Below, in pieces: positions 55,324-64,000 of a stretch of 64,000 nt of DNA. The stretch's first letter is position 1. Every line of letters begins with the position of its first letter. The notes under the pieces were generated by a model. That model made no database searches, was not told where the DNA came from, and worked only from the letters and a program-made list of their open reading frames with translations. A program made the translations under genes and the position numbers. The stretch lies in the sequence record MG655267.1; one strand, 5' to 3'.

Positions 55324-57435
55324 ATGGATTTATTCATTAACCACCCGAGTGAGTATAAACGCGATTACCGTATTTATCATCACTACGTTGAAGGAAAGGC
55401 ACTTGCCATTTCCAAGATCACCGGCCGTCCGCTTGATGAAGCACGTGAGTACGTTACCCGTGTTACCGGCGAGACCGGGAAGTTTGCGTTACAAGATCCG
55501 CGGGTTAAAATCCTGGTGCGGAACAAAGTGGGCGACCGTGAACTAAAGTACACCACCTTTAATAAGTTTCTGAAGGCCGTAGAAGACCGTGGTGCGATTT
55601 TATCACCGAGCCTGACTGCTTACCTACATCCGAAAGAGAAGGTCTCACAATACGCTGTATCGACTGATAAGAACATCAAAGCGCGTAAAGTGATTAAGCA
55701 TGAGATGTTCATCGCCGAACAACGCGGTGACATGGTGACCAAGAACGTAAAAGAGATCATGCAGACTGGGCGTAAGCTCACCAACAACGGAATGTCCGGC
55801 GGGTTTTGTACCGCATCGACTCCGTTCTTCTGCCGATCAGCCCACAGCTCACTGACCTCCTGCTGTCGTAGTGCTACCAGTTCCACCAATGCCTTCAACG
55901 AGAAGTTCTTGGCCGGTAACCGACACTACTACAGTCCCGAGATTACCATTGAGTCGATTACTACGCTGATCCGCTTCAGCGACCTGGAGAAAATCCAGGC
56001 GGTCATGACCGAGTTTAATCTGCAAGCACCAACCGTCACACAGACCATGGCCTGTATCTATCGCAGTACCCGGCGCTATTGGTCTGACAAGTACTTCATG
56101 GGGGTGATCTTAAAACTCATTGAAGGGTTGACGGATGTTGAGCGTGCGGCGTTCATGTTTGTCTCCGATCTCTATCACCTGCGTGAAGTCAACCCGGACT
56201 TTGTGCGCAAGTTCTTAATCGATCTGGCAGAGCGCAGTGAAGACCAGTTGGCTGACGATGTGAAGATGAAGGATGGGGATTGCCGTATCCTGGCGACCAT
56301 GAAGTGTGCGGACGATATCGCGCGTATCGGGACAAAGAACCTGGAGCACAGCGAAGAGTTCAAAGCACGCCTGAAAGCGAACTATGTATTGAGTGAACGC
56401 AACATCACGCAATATGAATCGTTCATCCGCGCCTTCTTTGTTACCAAGAACACCCCGACCAGCATTGCCATGATGCCGCACCATGTGCGTGAAGTGGTAT
56501 TGGCATCCGATACCGACTCCTCAATCTTTACCGAGCAGATCTGGATTGACTGGATTCAGCCAGACTACTCCAAACGCCAAGAACGTATCCAGGTAAACGC
56601 CGCAGTAACTTTCCTGATCTCGCAGCAGGTCGTGCATTTACTGGCAATCGTTTCCGGTAACATCGGGGTAGCGGACGAACATCTGTTCCGTCTGGCAATG
56701 AAGAACGAATACTACTTCGAAACGTTTGTGTTGACCAACATGGGTAAACACTACTTTGCGACCCAGGCTGCCCGTGAAGGGAACTTCTTCCCGAAACCCA
56801 AGCTTGAGCTCAAGGGTGTGCACTTACGCAACTCTAACGTACCGAAAGAGATTCGAGACCGCGGTAACAAACTGATCAACGACATCCTGGATAAGTCCAA
56901 CGTCAATGAGCAGTTCTCGGTGGTAGATCTGTTAAACCAGGTTGGGGATATAGAGCGCTTCATCATCAACTCCATTACCAAAGGCGAAACGATCTTCTTA
57001 ACCAAAGCCACGATCAAGGATAAGGGGTCTTACGCTAAACCGTACAGCTCAAACTACTACCACTACTGTATGTGGCAGGAAGTCTTTGCTGAGAAATATG
57101 GTCAAGCACCGCCATTGCAATACATTGGTCTGAAAGCGAAGTTGGGCCTGAGCTCACAAACCGCCGTGAATGACTGGCTGGATAGCTTAGAAGATCAAGC
57201 CCTGGCTGAGCGGATGCGTAAGTTCTTAGTGAAGTACGGCAAGAAGTCGATCACCCAGGTGGTCATGCCGGCGGATATCGTGATGAACATGGGCGTACCA
57301 CCTGAGATCATTGCCGGTATCGATCTGCGTAACCTGATCATGGAGAACCTGTCCATGGTGTATTCGTGTCTTGAATCGCTAGGCCTTTATTACGTAAACG
57401 ACAACGCAACCAAACTGGTATCTGACGAACATTAA
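55324..57435 (+). CDS. Split family-B DNA polymerase, palm/fingers-containing subunit (phiKZ gp50-like)
   Basis: Motif B-like KLTNNGMSG, motif C ASDTDS, and KHYF / ELKGVHLRNS. No exonuclease motifs or motif A seen, consistent with the two-gene polymerase of phiKZ-like phages. Confidence 0.88.
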   Translation: MDLFINHPSEYKRDYRIYHHYVEGKALAISKITGRPLDEAREYVTRVTGETGKFALQDPRVKILVRNKVGDRELKYTTFNKFLKAVEDRGAILSPSLTAYLHPKEKVSQYAVSTDKNIKARKVIKHEMFIAEQRGDMVTKNVKEIMQTGRKLTNNGMSGGFCTASTPFFCRSAHSSLTSCCRSATSSTNAFNEKFLAGNRHYYSPEITIESITTLIRFSDLEKIQAVMTEFNLQAPTVTQTMACIYRSTRRYWSDKYFMGVILKLIEGLTDVERAAFMFVSDLYHLREVNPDFVRKFLIDLAERSEDQLADDVKMKDGDCRILATMKCADDIARIGTKNLEHSEEFKARLKANYVLSERNITQYESFIRAFFVTKNTPTSIAMMPHHVREVVLASDTDSSIFTEQIWIDWIQPDYSKRQERIQVNAAVTFLISQQVVHLLAIVSGNIGVADEHLFRLAMKNEYYFETFVLTNMGKHYFATQAAREGNFFPKPKLELKGVHLRNSNVPKEIRDRGNKLINDILDKSNVNEQFSVVDLLNQVGDIERFIINSITKGETIFLTKATIKDKGSYAKPYSSNYYHYCMWQEVFAEKYGQAPPLQYIGLKAKLGLSSQTAVNDWLDSLEDQALAERMRKFLVKYGKKSITQVVMPADIVMNMGVPPEIIAGIDLRNLIMENLSMVYSCLESLGLYYVNDNATKLVSDEH

Positions 57436-57444
57436 TCTCCGTCG

Positions 57445-57500
57445 GCATAAAGGCCTCTTAGCGGGATAATCCCCGCTAAGAGCGCCCTTTTATTTATGTG
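57445..57500. terminator. Bidirectional terminator
   Basis: GCATAA, then CTCTTAGCGGG-ATAATC-CCCGCTAAGAG, then TTATGT, between convergent genes. Confidence 0.8.
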
Positions 57501-58606
57501 TCTTTGCCGGTGATCATATTCTGGATATGGGTCAGTTCGTAATCGATGGTGTTCTTGACCTTGCTGGTTAAGCCGCTCAGGTAGAAGGTGTTGTCTGACC
57601 GAATGCGTTGAATCGCATGCAGGATGGTGTTGAAGTTTGCCCCCTCTTTTCGCCGTTTAAACGACACCTCCAGTTCCACCAGGAAATCGATCACCCAGGT
57701 ACGGGCTATGATCCACGCCCAACGGTTCTGTCGCATTTCCATGTCAATCGGTAACCGGATCGCATCATGGCCGTTTCGCCAGACAGTGGGGATATGCAGT
57801 AACACCGCTTCAAAGAACCGCTGACTGCGTTGGAGCTCCACCACAGTTCTAACAATCACCTGATCGGTGATAGCCAGTTCATCGTTGAGCCAGAAGCTTT
57901 GCCGGACATTACGGGTTTCCCGTAAGTCATTCTCATAGCGACCGATAAAACGATTGAAGATGGCGATGTCATTGTGGGACTTGAGCAGATTGGGGATCGG
58001 GTACTTGGTGACGAACAGATAGGGCGCGGGTGCTGTTGCGCCCTCTTTGGTTTGCTCACGCAACCACATCAAGTACTGCAGTGCTAATAAAGGAATGTTG
58101 ATACTGAGCACCGCGATCCCTGAGCCGCCTAAGTCATGCTTCTTACAGAGCAAGCCGTAGTAGGTGACATTATAAGGGTGGCGATGGACTTTGATCGGTT
58201 CCGCATCTCGCCAGTTATACAGCATCTCCGGTTTAAACGGTTCAGAGTTGGTGATGATGATCTCATCTACCGAGTCGTCGTAGAACTGAGAGCGCACGAT
58301 CGCGCCGAAGCGGGTGGCACTGGTTAAGTTGAATTTATTACCGTAGCGGTAATCCACGGCCCGTAAGTCATCGTAGTACTTTCGTACATTATCGAGAGAT
58401 AATTGTGTAAGACTGCCGCCTGGTAGTGGTAACTCCTTTATGAGCTTCACCACCAGATGGTTATTCAATATGGAATTCTCGTTTGACCGCCAATGGTTAA
58501 GCGCACGTTCCATATTGCGATGGGAAATATCGACAAGTCTTTTGTGCAGCGGCGTCAACATGCTACCGTAATTGGTAGTGACGTCAGAGGCAAATAGGTT
58601 AAGCAT
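57494..58606 (-). CDS. Conserved core protein between DNA polymerase and chimallin (phiKZ gp52-like)
   Basis: 370 aa, minus strand, in the conserved polymerase-X-chimallin arrangement; AGAGG RBS. Confidence 0.65.
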   Translation of the reverse strand: MLNLFASDVTTNYGSMLTPLHKRLVDISHRNMERALNHWRSNENSILNNHLVVKLIKELPLPGGSLTQLSLDNVRKYYDDLRAVDYRYGNKFNLTSATRFGAIVRSQFYDDSVDEIIITNSEPFKPEMLYNWRDAEPIKVHRHPYNVTYYGLLCKKHDLGGSGIAVLSINIPLLALQYLMWLREQTKEGATAPAPYLFVTKYPIPNLLKSHNDIAIFNRFIGRYENDLRETRNVRQSFWLNDELAITDQVIVRTVVELQRSQRFFEAVLLHIPTVWRNGHDAIRLPIDMEMRQNRWAWIIARTWVIDFLVELEVSFKRRKEGANFNTILHAIQRIRSDNTFYLSGLTSKVKNTIDYELTHIQNMITGKDT

Positions 58607-58650
58607 ACGACCTCTATTGACTATATGTAAAAGTGTACATGGCTCGAGTA

Positions 58651-58759
58651 TATATTATGTAAGAGGTCACACTCTTGACTCCCTGTTCACGCAGGGGGTC
58701 GAACTGAGGGTAATGCTGCCTCAAAAGGTGAATTCAAAAAAATTACAAGTCTATATTAC
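58651..58759 (+). promoter_or_regulatory. Tandem early promoter boxes upstream of chmA
   Basis: TATATTAT at 58651-58 and TATATTAC at 58752-59, each with an A-rich upstream tract. Confidence 0.65.
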
Positions 58760-58828
58760 GTATGTGTATAGAGTAATCTATGCAACATTAGCTAATGTAA
58801 ACTTGCAAGTAAATTAAAAGGAATCGGT

Positions 58829-60964
58829 ATGAAAACTCCTGAAGGCGAAAACAAGGCACAGGGTCAGCAGCCATCTGACCAGCAGCAGCCTAACAATTCG
58901 GCAATGGGTGATGCGCTACTGCAAGCGCAACAGAGGCAGAGTCAGCAGCCACAGCAGCAGCAAACTCCGCCTCAACAAGCGCCGCAGTCAGCACCTCAAC
59001 CAGTGCAAGCAGCAACCCAGCAACAGCAACACACCCCACAATTTCATCAGACTGCAGGTAACAGCACCGTGAACAACACAACTAACAACACCAACACCGA
59101 ACAGCAGCAGCCGCGTCAGTCACGCATTTACGGCATGAACGAACGCCGTTCTCGTATCTTCGACGCGACCGCGTTTGGTGAAAACTTTAAGATCGCGCTG
59201 GAAGCGACCAAAGAAGTGCTGGAAGGCTATGAAGATAAAGGTTTCAACAAATCTTTCTTCCTGGTTCCCGTTGCTGATGCAACCCTGCACTGCAATGGTC
59301 TGGCGTATGCGTCTGTGTTCAACTTCGGCGGTAGCACCAAAGCGATCGTCTATACCCTGATGCTGGAAAACACCGGTTCTCCACTGAAGCCACAGCGCGG
59401 TAACGATCCACTGACGGGCGAACCGTTTGAGATCCCACGCATGACCGGTTCTCAGTACGACAACACCTACTGGGCTCGTGTAGCACAGCTAGTCGCACAC
59501 CGTGTTGGTAACAACGCAGAAGTGCTGGATGCTGGCGCCTGTGTGGTGCACGCTGAGATGAAGTGGGACGACAAGTCTGCGATCAAACAGCTGCTGAACA
59601 ACGCAGAAAACGCCACCATGGCGTATGCGAACAGCCTGTCTGGTTACCGTATCGAACCACCATTCAACATCGCGCAGGAAGTGGACCCGAACATCGACCG
59701 CATCACCGCGGGCTTTAACTTCAATCCACAGCCGCTGTTCACTGTTGATGGTCAGCCGATCCGTAACGACGTCGAAGTGAAACTGTCTGCTTACGCAGAA
59801 GGCGCAGGTCAGGTTCAGACCACCGAAGCCATCACCACCGTGAACGGCTATGTTGAGCTGATCGCTGCACCGCAGCAGCAGATGGGTTATCAGCAGCAGA
59901 TGATGATGGGTATGAACCCGCAGCAGGCGATGCAGTTCTACCGTCGCTTCTACCCGCAGTTCACCATCACTTCAACTGGTACCGGTATCTCTAACGCACA
60001 GGGTCCTGAGTTCCAGCTGCTGGCGCTGTTCGCTGCTTCACTGATTGGTGAAAACAGCAACTGGCACCATGCGTTTGCGCCGAAGATGGTAAACGGTGTC
60101 GATATCAACGATATCGGTGCGATCAACTACGAACTGAAAATGGGTCTGGAAAGCCCAGATGACCGTCCGAAGAAGATCATCACCAAAGACCACAGCTTCA
60201 CCACGCAGGCTCTGCATCAGCTGCTGTACACCGCATGCCACGAATCCATGTCAATCGCGATCGACATCGAAGAGACCGGCACGCGTACCTGGGTTAACTC
60301 CATGCTGCTTCTGGCTGGCGGTCAACCAAACGGTAATGCTGCAGCACTGAGCCCACAGGGTCAGCAGGCGCACAAAGCGATCATCCAGGCGGCGAACAAC
60401 CTGACCAACGGTGAGTTCAGCAAACACTTCACCGATCAGAACCAGCTGATTGCTGTACGTGACGGTACCCGTATTCAGGGTGGTTTCTACGTCTCTAAAG
60501 ACAACCATCAGAAAATGGATATCCGTAACGTCGACCTGCTGGCGGTTCTGAACTTCGTCGGTGAAACTGATCCGCGCATCGTGGAAGAGTGGAAAATCAT
60601 CACCAGCTCTACTTCTGGTATGTCTACTCCGAAACGTGTCGCGCTGCGTCAGCAGAAACTGCAGCAGCTGCTGGGTGAGTCTTTCGTCCTGAAAGCTTAC
60701 TACGAGCGTGTAGTGATTAACTGGGCATTCATGGATGCTCTGCGTAAAGCAATCACTGCAGCAGGCCTGATCGTGCGTCCGGAAAACACCAACATGCAGT
60801 ACAACGTACAGAGCTACGGCACGCCAATGGCGCAGCTGTACGGCATGCCTACCAACATCGGCAGCTCACTGCAGCAGGGTGCTTACGCAACCGACAACCA
60901 AGGTCGCGTAGTGAACATGGCAGCGTTCCGTACTGGTGGTGCATTCGGTACGTTCAACGGCTAA
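58829..60964 (+). CDS. chmA: Chimallin (phage nuclear shell protein)
   Basis: 711 aa, strongly biased codons, directly upstream of the nvRNAP beta' gene and downstream of the polymerase/gp52-like genes (the conserved chimallin locus), in a genome with phuZ. Assigned mainly by synteny and size. Confidence 0.85.
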   Translation: MKTPEGENKAQGQQPSDQQQPNNSAMGDALLQAQQRQSQQPQQQQTPPQQAPQSAPQPVQAATQQQQHTPQFHQTAGNSTVNNTTNNTNTEQQQPRQSRIYGMNERRSRIFDATAFGENFKIALEATKEVLEGYEDKGFNKSFFLVPVADATLHCNGLAYASVFNFGGSTKAIVYTLMLENTGSPLKPQRGNDPLTGEPFEIPRMTGSQYDNTYWARVAQLVAHRVGNNAEVLDAGACVVHAEMKWDDKSAIKQLLNNAENATMAYANSLSGYRIEPPFNIAQEVDPNIDRITAGFNFNPQPLFTVDGQPIRNDVEVKLSAYAEGAGQVQTTEAITTVNGYVELIAAPQQQMGYQQQMMMGMNPQQAMQFYRRFYPQFTITSTGTGISNAQGPEFQLLALFAASLIGENSNWHHAFAPKMVNGVDINDIGAINYELKMGLESPDDRPKKIITKDHSFTTQALHQLLYTACHESMSIAIDIEETGTRTWVNSMLLLAGGQPNGNAAALSPQGQQAHKAIIQAANNLTNGEFSKHFTDQNQLIAVRDGTRIQGGFYVSKDNHQKMDIRNVDLLAVLNFVGETDPRIVEEWKIITSSTSGMSTPKRVALRQQKLQQLLGESFVLKAYYERVVINWAFMDALRKAITAAGLIVRPENTNMQYNVQSYGTPMAQLYGMPTNIGSSLQQGAYATDNQGRVVNMAAFRTGGAFGTFNG

Positions 60965-60996
60965 TCCGGCGTTGTAAGCAAGCAGTAACATGAACG

Positions 60997-61040
60997 GGTA
61001 GGCGGGAAACCGCCTACCTTGTTTATGCCCACTTTATTTT
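60997..61040 (+). terminator. Hairpin plus TTATGC
   Basis: GGTAGGCGG-GAAA-CCGCCTACC, then TTATGC at 61023-28. Confidence 0.8.
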
Positions 61041-61069
61041 TTAGTAGTACGTAAAAAGGAAAACCGGTA

Positions 61070-62557
61070 ATGATGCATGAAATGCAAGCAGCGCAACCGG
61101 CACTCGTGCAAGAAGGTGGTTTGACAGCTGTTGTGGGAAACCATGACCAACACTTCTTCATGTTGTCGCGTCCACCCATCATTGCTAACGACTATGACCT
61201 CTCGATCGAAGCTGACCGACAAGCCCTGAATAACCATCTGCGGGTGAGTTATGATACGGACATGTTCAGTGTCAAGCCGAAGTGTCAGTGTGGTCATACC
61301 AGCGGCGGTGATAAAGTTGGAAAGCTGTGTGTAAAGTGCGGCACGAAGGTCACCACTGTAACCGAAGAAGAGATTGAGTCTCAGCTCTGGTTACGCAAGC
61401 CTGAAGGTGTAAAGGGCTTCATTAACCCACAGTTATGGTTATTGTTCTTTGAACCGTTTAATGTCAAAGGGTTCAATCCAATGGAGTGGTTTGCAGACCG
61501 TTCCTATACTCCAGCCAAGGGGGGTATGGATTACAAGAACAAAGATGTGTACAAAGTCTGCGCGGACATGGGTATCGAACGAGGCATAAACTCCTTGTAC
61601 GATAACTTTGACGCTATCGTAACAAACCTACTTAACTCTCCGGTCGTGCGTGATCAGGTCACGTCACAAGAAGTGCTGCGTCAACGTTCTGATTTGTTTA
61701 TTAAATACCGTGATCGTTTCTTCTGTGAACACTTACCGATGCCCTCCAAGCTGATGTTTGTGGTGGAATCCAATGCAACCGGTCGCTATGCTGCCCCTGA
61801 GATGAAACTGGCTCTGGATGCGGCGTTAACCGTCTGTTCAGCAAAACGCCAACTGCATACGGTGCGGGATGTGCGCTTTAATGAAAGCATTGCGATTAAA
61901 GTGGTCCGTCAGATCTCGAAGTTCTATGCGACGCATGACAGTGACAACTTTGCGGGTAAGTTAGGGTTACTGCGTAAGAACATTGCTGGGGCAAAACATC
62001 CGTGGACTGGTCGTTGCGTGATTACCTCGCACACCGGCGACCATGACATGGATGAAGTGATCCTGCCACGTTGTTTGGCGATCCCGATGTTGAAATACCA
62101 CATCATCAACAAACTGCGTCGTCGGAACTACACCCCAACACAATGCCTCAAACTGATCCAGGCGGGTATTAAGCAAACCATCCCAGTGATCGATGAGGTG
62201 TTGGATGAACTCCTCGCAGAAAGCCCTACAGCGTCGATACGGGTATATGTGCAACGAAACCCAACCCTGCGTTGGTTATCGAACCGCCGGTTCCATTGCC
62301 GAACCATCAACCGTGATCCAAATGACATCAGTATCCGTATCAGTACCTTATCTATCAAATCCTCGAATGCGGACTTTGATGGCGATGAACTGAACGTGAT
62401 GTTACAGCTGGATAACGTCTCAGCGAACTATGCGGAAGCGTTTGGTTCACACAACTGTGTGCTGGACATGAACACCCCGCTGAAGATCTCTGGTGACGTG
62501 GGTCTGCCGGGTACGTTGATCTCGACCATGAACCGTTGGATGTACAGTAACGACTAA
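61070..62557 (+). CDS. Non-virion RNA polymerase beta' subunit, N-terminal/catalytic part (phiKZ gp55-like)
   Basis: Zn-finger CQCG...CVKCG, GLLRKNIAGAKHPWTGRCVI, QRNPTL and the catalytic NADFDGDE motif. Confidence 0.93.
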   Translation: MMHEMQAAQPALVQEGGLTAVVGNHDQHFFMLSRPPIIANDYDLSIEADRQALNNHLRVSYDTDMFSVKPKCQCGHTSGGDKVGKLCVKCGTKVTTVTEEEIESQLWLRKPEGVKGFINPQLWLLFFEPFNVKGFNPMEWFADRSYTPAKGGMDYKNKDVYKVCADMGIERGINSLYDNFDAIVTNLLNSPVVRDQVTSQEVLRQRSDLFIKYRDRFFCEHLPMPSKLMFVVESNATGRYAAPEMKLALDAALTVCSAKRQLHTVRDVRFNESIAIKVVRQISKFYATHDSDNFAGKLGLLRKNIAGAKHPWTGRCVITSHTGDHDMDEVILPRCLAIPMLKYHIINKLRRRNYTPTQCLKLIQAGIKQTIPVIDEVLDELLAESPTASIRVYVQRNPTLRWLSNRRFHCRTINRDPNDISIRISTLSIKSSNADFDGDELNVMLQLDNVSANYAEAFGSHNCVLDMNTPLKISGDVGLPGTLISTMNRWMYSND

Positions 62558-62608
62558 ACTTATGGCCAGGGGTAATTCCCTGGCCTTATTACCGACGGGA
62601 TATTTTTT

Positions 62609-63256
62609 ATGGATAATTTGCTTGAAAGGGGACGGTTTCTTCTTGAGAACACTGCAGCCGCCATGAACCCTTATCCTTACACGATCATTTTCGTCACCAC
62701 CCCAATGGATTGGGATGCCGTGGTCACTGCCATGCATGCTAATGATCCTGCAGCAAACATCATTCAACATAAAGGACAGTTCACGACCGGGCGCGATTAC
62801 CAATATGTCATTTATCGAGATGAACATTGGTACATCGCTGGTGTGAATATGAGAAGCCTGCCTTACAACCATTACCTTGCCGGTGCGATGCTCGGCATTG
62901 CCATGGACCTGGGGCATGAGATCATTATCGATATCAGCAACCGCATCGGGAATGATGCGACTGCGGCTCCGGCAATAACAGCGATCATGCACGATTGGTT
63001 TATGGTTAACTGGCGTGAGGCCGTGTGTGTGACTCATGAGAACTACCTGGCGTTTATTCCGGATGATGATTACTTGTACTTGAGTAACAACAAAAAGATA
63101 CTCGGGCAGGTGATTCGCGCACAAGAACAACTGGGATCGCCCTTGGCATTGACGTCGGCGTTACAACGCGAGTGTCAACGCCTGATGAACACCCAGGTGG
63201 TGATCGCACCGACAGGCTGGAACGCTACTACGTACTACAGCGGAGGTGAGGTATGA
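62609..63256 (+). CDS. Hypothetical protein (215 aa)
   Basis: ORF after the hairpin GGCCAGGG-GTAATT-CCCTGGCC. Confidence 0.75.
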   Translation: MDNLLERGRFLLENTAAAMNPYPYTIIFVTTPMDWDAVVTAMHANDPAANIIQHKGQFTTGRDYQYVIYRDEHWYIAGVNMRSLPYNHYLAGAMLGIAMDLGHEIIIDISNRIGNDATAAPAITAIMHDWFMVNWREAVCVTHENYLAFIPDDDYLYLSNNKKILGQVIRAQEQLGSPLALTSALQRECQRLMNTQVVIAPTGWNATTYYSGGEV

Positions 63257-63924
63257 CGTTTGCTGAAGCTGAACAGTATATTTACAGTCTCAGTCAACAC
63301 GGCGGGGTCTATAAACAAGAGTTCATCTTTGTGTTTGATCCCGAGTCGTGGGATAAGGTGAACCTGGCGTTGGATATCCTGGACAATAACCGTGGGATCT
63401 GGGGGAAGAACGTTGGAGAGTTCAAAACCGCTGGTATGACGTCCTACGGACCGGTATCGGGAAGGCTTAAAGGGTATGTTGTTATTGCTGTCCATTTCAT
63501 GGGCGAACGTAAACTGTTCAATCCAGGGTATCTGCAGCATGTTTTGAATACCGCCACCCATGAGTTGGTCCACGCTGCTCAGTTCGCTGTTAGGGCGCAG
63601 AGCTACCATGATCCGTTGATTGCTGTAGAACCACTGGCTTATTTGACGGGTTGGTTAATGGAGAAATGGATCTATGCGGTCTGGGAGAAGTTTAAAGTCA
63701 CGATCGCAACAACACCAACCGGCGAGATCTCATACAACGTGTTGTTTGACATGCTGTATCGGTTTAATGACCGCCGGCTGGCAGATCGTTTGTGTGAACT
63801 TACCATGACACAGATTCAGAGTGCTTTAGTCAGGGAGTCGATTAACAGCTTGAATAACGTGGCAGTGGTAAACGATATCGGTTGGTCATCGACGACGTAT
63901 CTTGATGGAGTTAACAAGAAATGA
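63253..63924 (+). CDS. Putative zinc metallopeptidase-like protein (HExxH)
   Basis: TATHELVHAAQF plus a downstream EPLAY (candidate third ligand); GGAGGTG RBS. Confidence 0.6.
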   Translation: MTFAEAEQYIYSLSQHGGVYKQEFIFVFDPESWDKVNLALDILDNNRGIWGKNVGEFKTAGMTSYGPVSGRLKGYVVIAVHFMGERKLFNPGYLQHVLNTATHELVHAAQFAVRAQSYHDPLIAVEPLAYLTGWLMEKWIYAVWEKFKVTIATTPTGEISYNVLFDMLYRFNDRRLADRLCELTMTQIQSALVRESINSLNNVAVVNDIGWSSTTYLDGVNKK

Positions 63925-64000
63925 AGATGCCGGTCAGTCAGTATGTAGATAAGTTTCTATTAAGGCTGTTCCCTTATCCGCGGCAGTTTATCTTTGTCAC
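63921..64000 (+). CDS. Start of the next ORF, truncated by the window edge
   Basis: ATGA overlap with the upstream stop; frame open to the edge. Confidence 0.5.
   Translation, partial: MKMPVSQYVDKFLLRLFPYPRQFIFV

Noticed and set aside
55324-57435. Truncated or pseudogenised DNA polymerase (no exonuclease domain or motif A)
   Set aside because: A two-gene split PolB is the established state in phiKZ-like phages; the other half is expected outside the window.
61070-62557. Intron or intein in the RNAP, polymerase or terminase genes
   Set aside because: phiKZ-like phages sometimes carry these, but here the ORFs are continuous and of expected length, with no visible intein termini or homing-endonuclease motifs.

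Overview
64-kb segment of a nucleus-forming, phiKZ-like jumbo myophage (Chimalliviridae). The presence of both phuZ and chmA, a single tRNA-Asn and the gene order suggest an Erwinia phage RAY/Ea35-70-like (Agricanvirus-like) genome; this is recalled synteny, not a database search. In order, the window holds: a tape-measure/tail gene running off the left edge (minus strand, missed by the ORF track); three virion RNA polymerase subunit genes; a modular lysin; the prohead protease; an early-gene island; tail tube and sheath; three structural genes; terminase; head proteins with protease-site-rich propeptides; a long accessory region; phuZ; an array of small ORFs; the split DNA polymerase B; chimallin; and the non-virion RNAP beta' subunit. 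The most unusual part is a ~4-kb RNA-rich island at 42.1-46.05 kb. It contains tRNA-Asn, then a coiled-coil protein gene followed by a structured RNA with a circularly permuted tRNA mimic and 7-8-nt TAAAG/TATAAC repeats that recur over the protein's own ribosome-binding region. Further on are a complete hammerhead ribozyme with a large stem-III insertion and a second tRNA-like fold. Across the window, intergenic hairpins are followed by a strand-specific TTATGC motif, and TAYATTAY early-promoter boxes precede accessory genes. All RNA structures were paired by eye; no folding program or homology search was run. Where an RBS supported a better start codon than the ORF track, the refined start is given.
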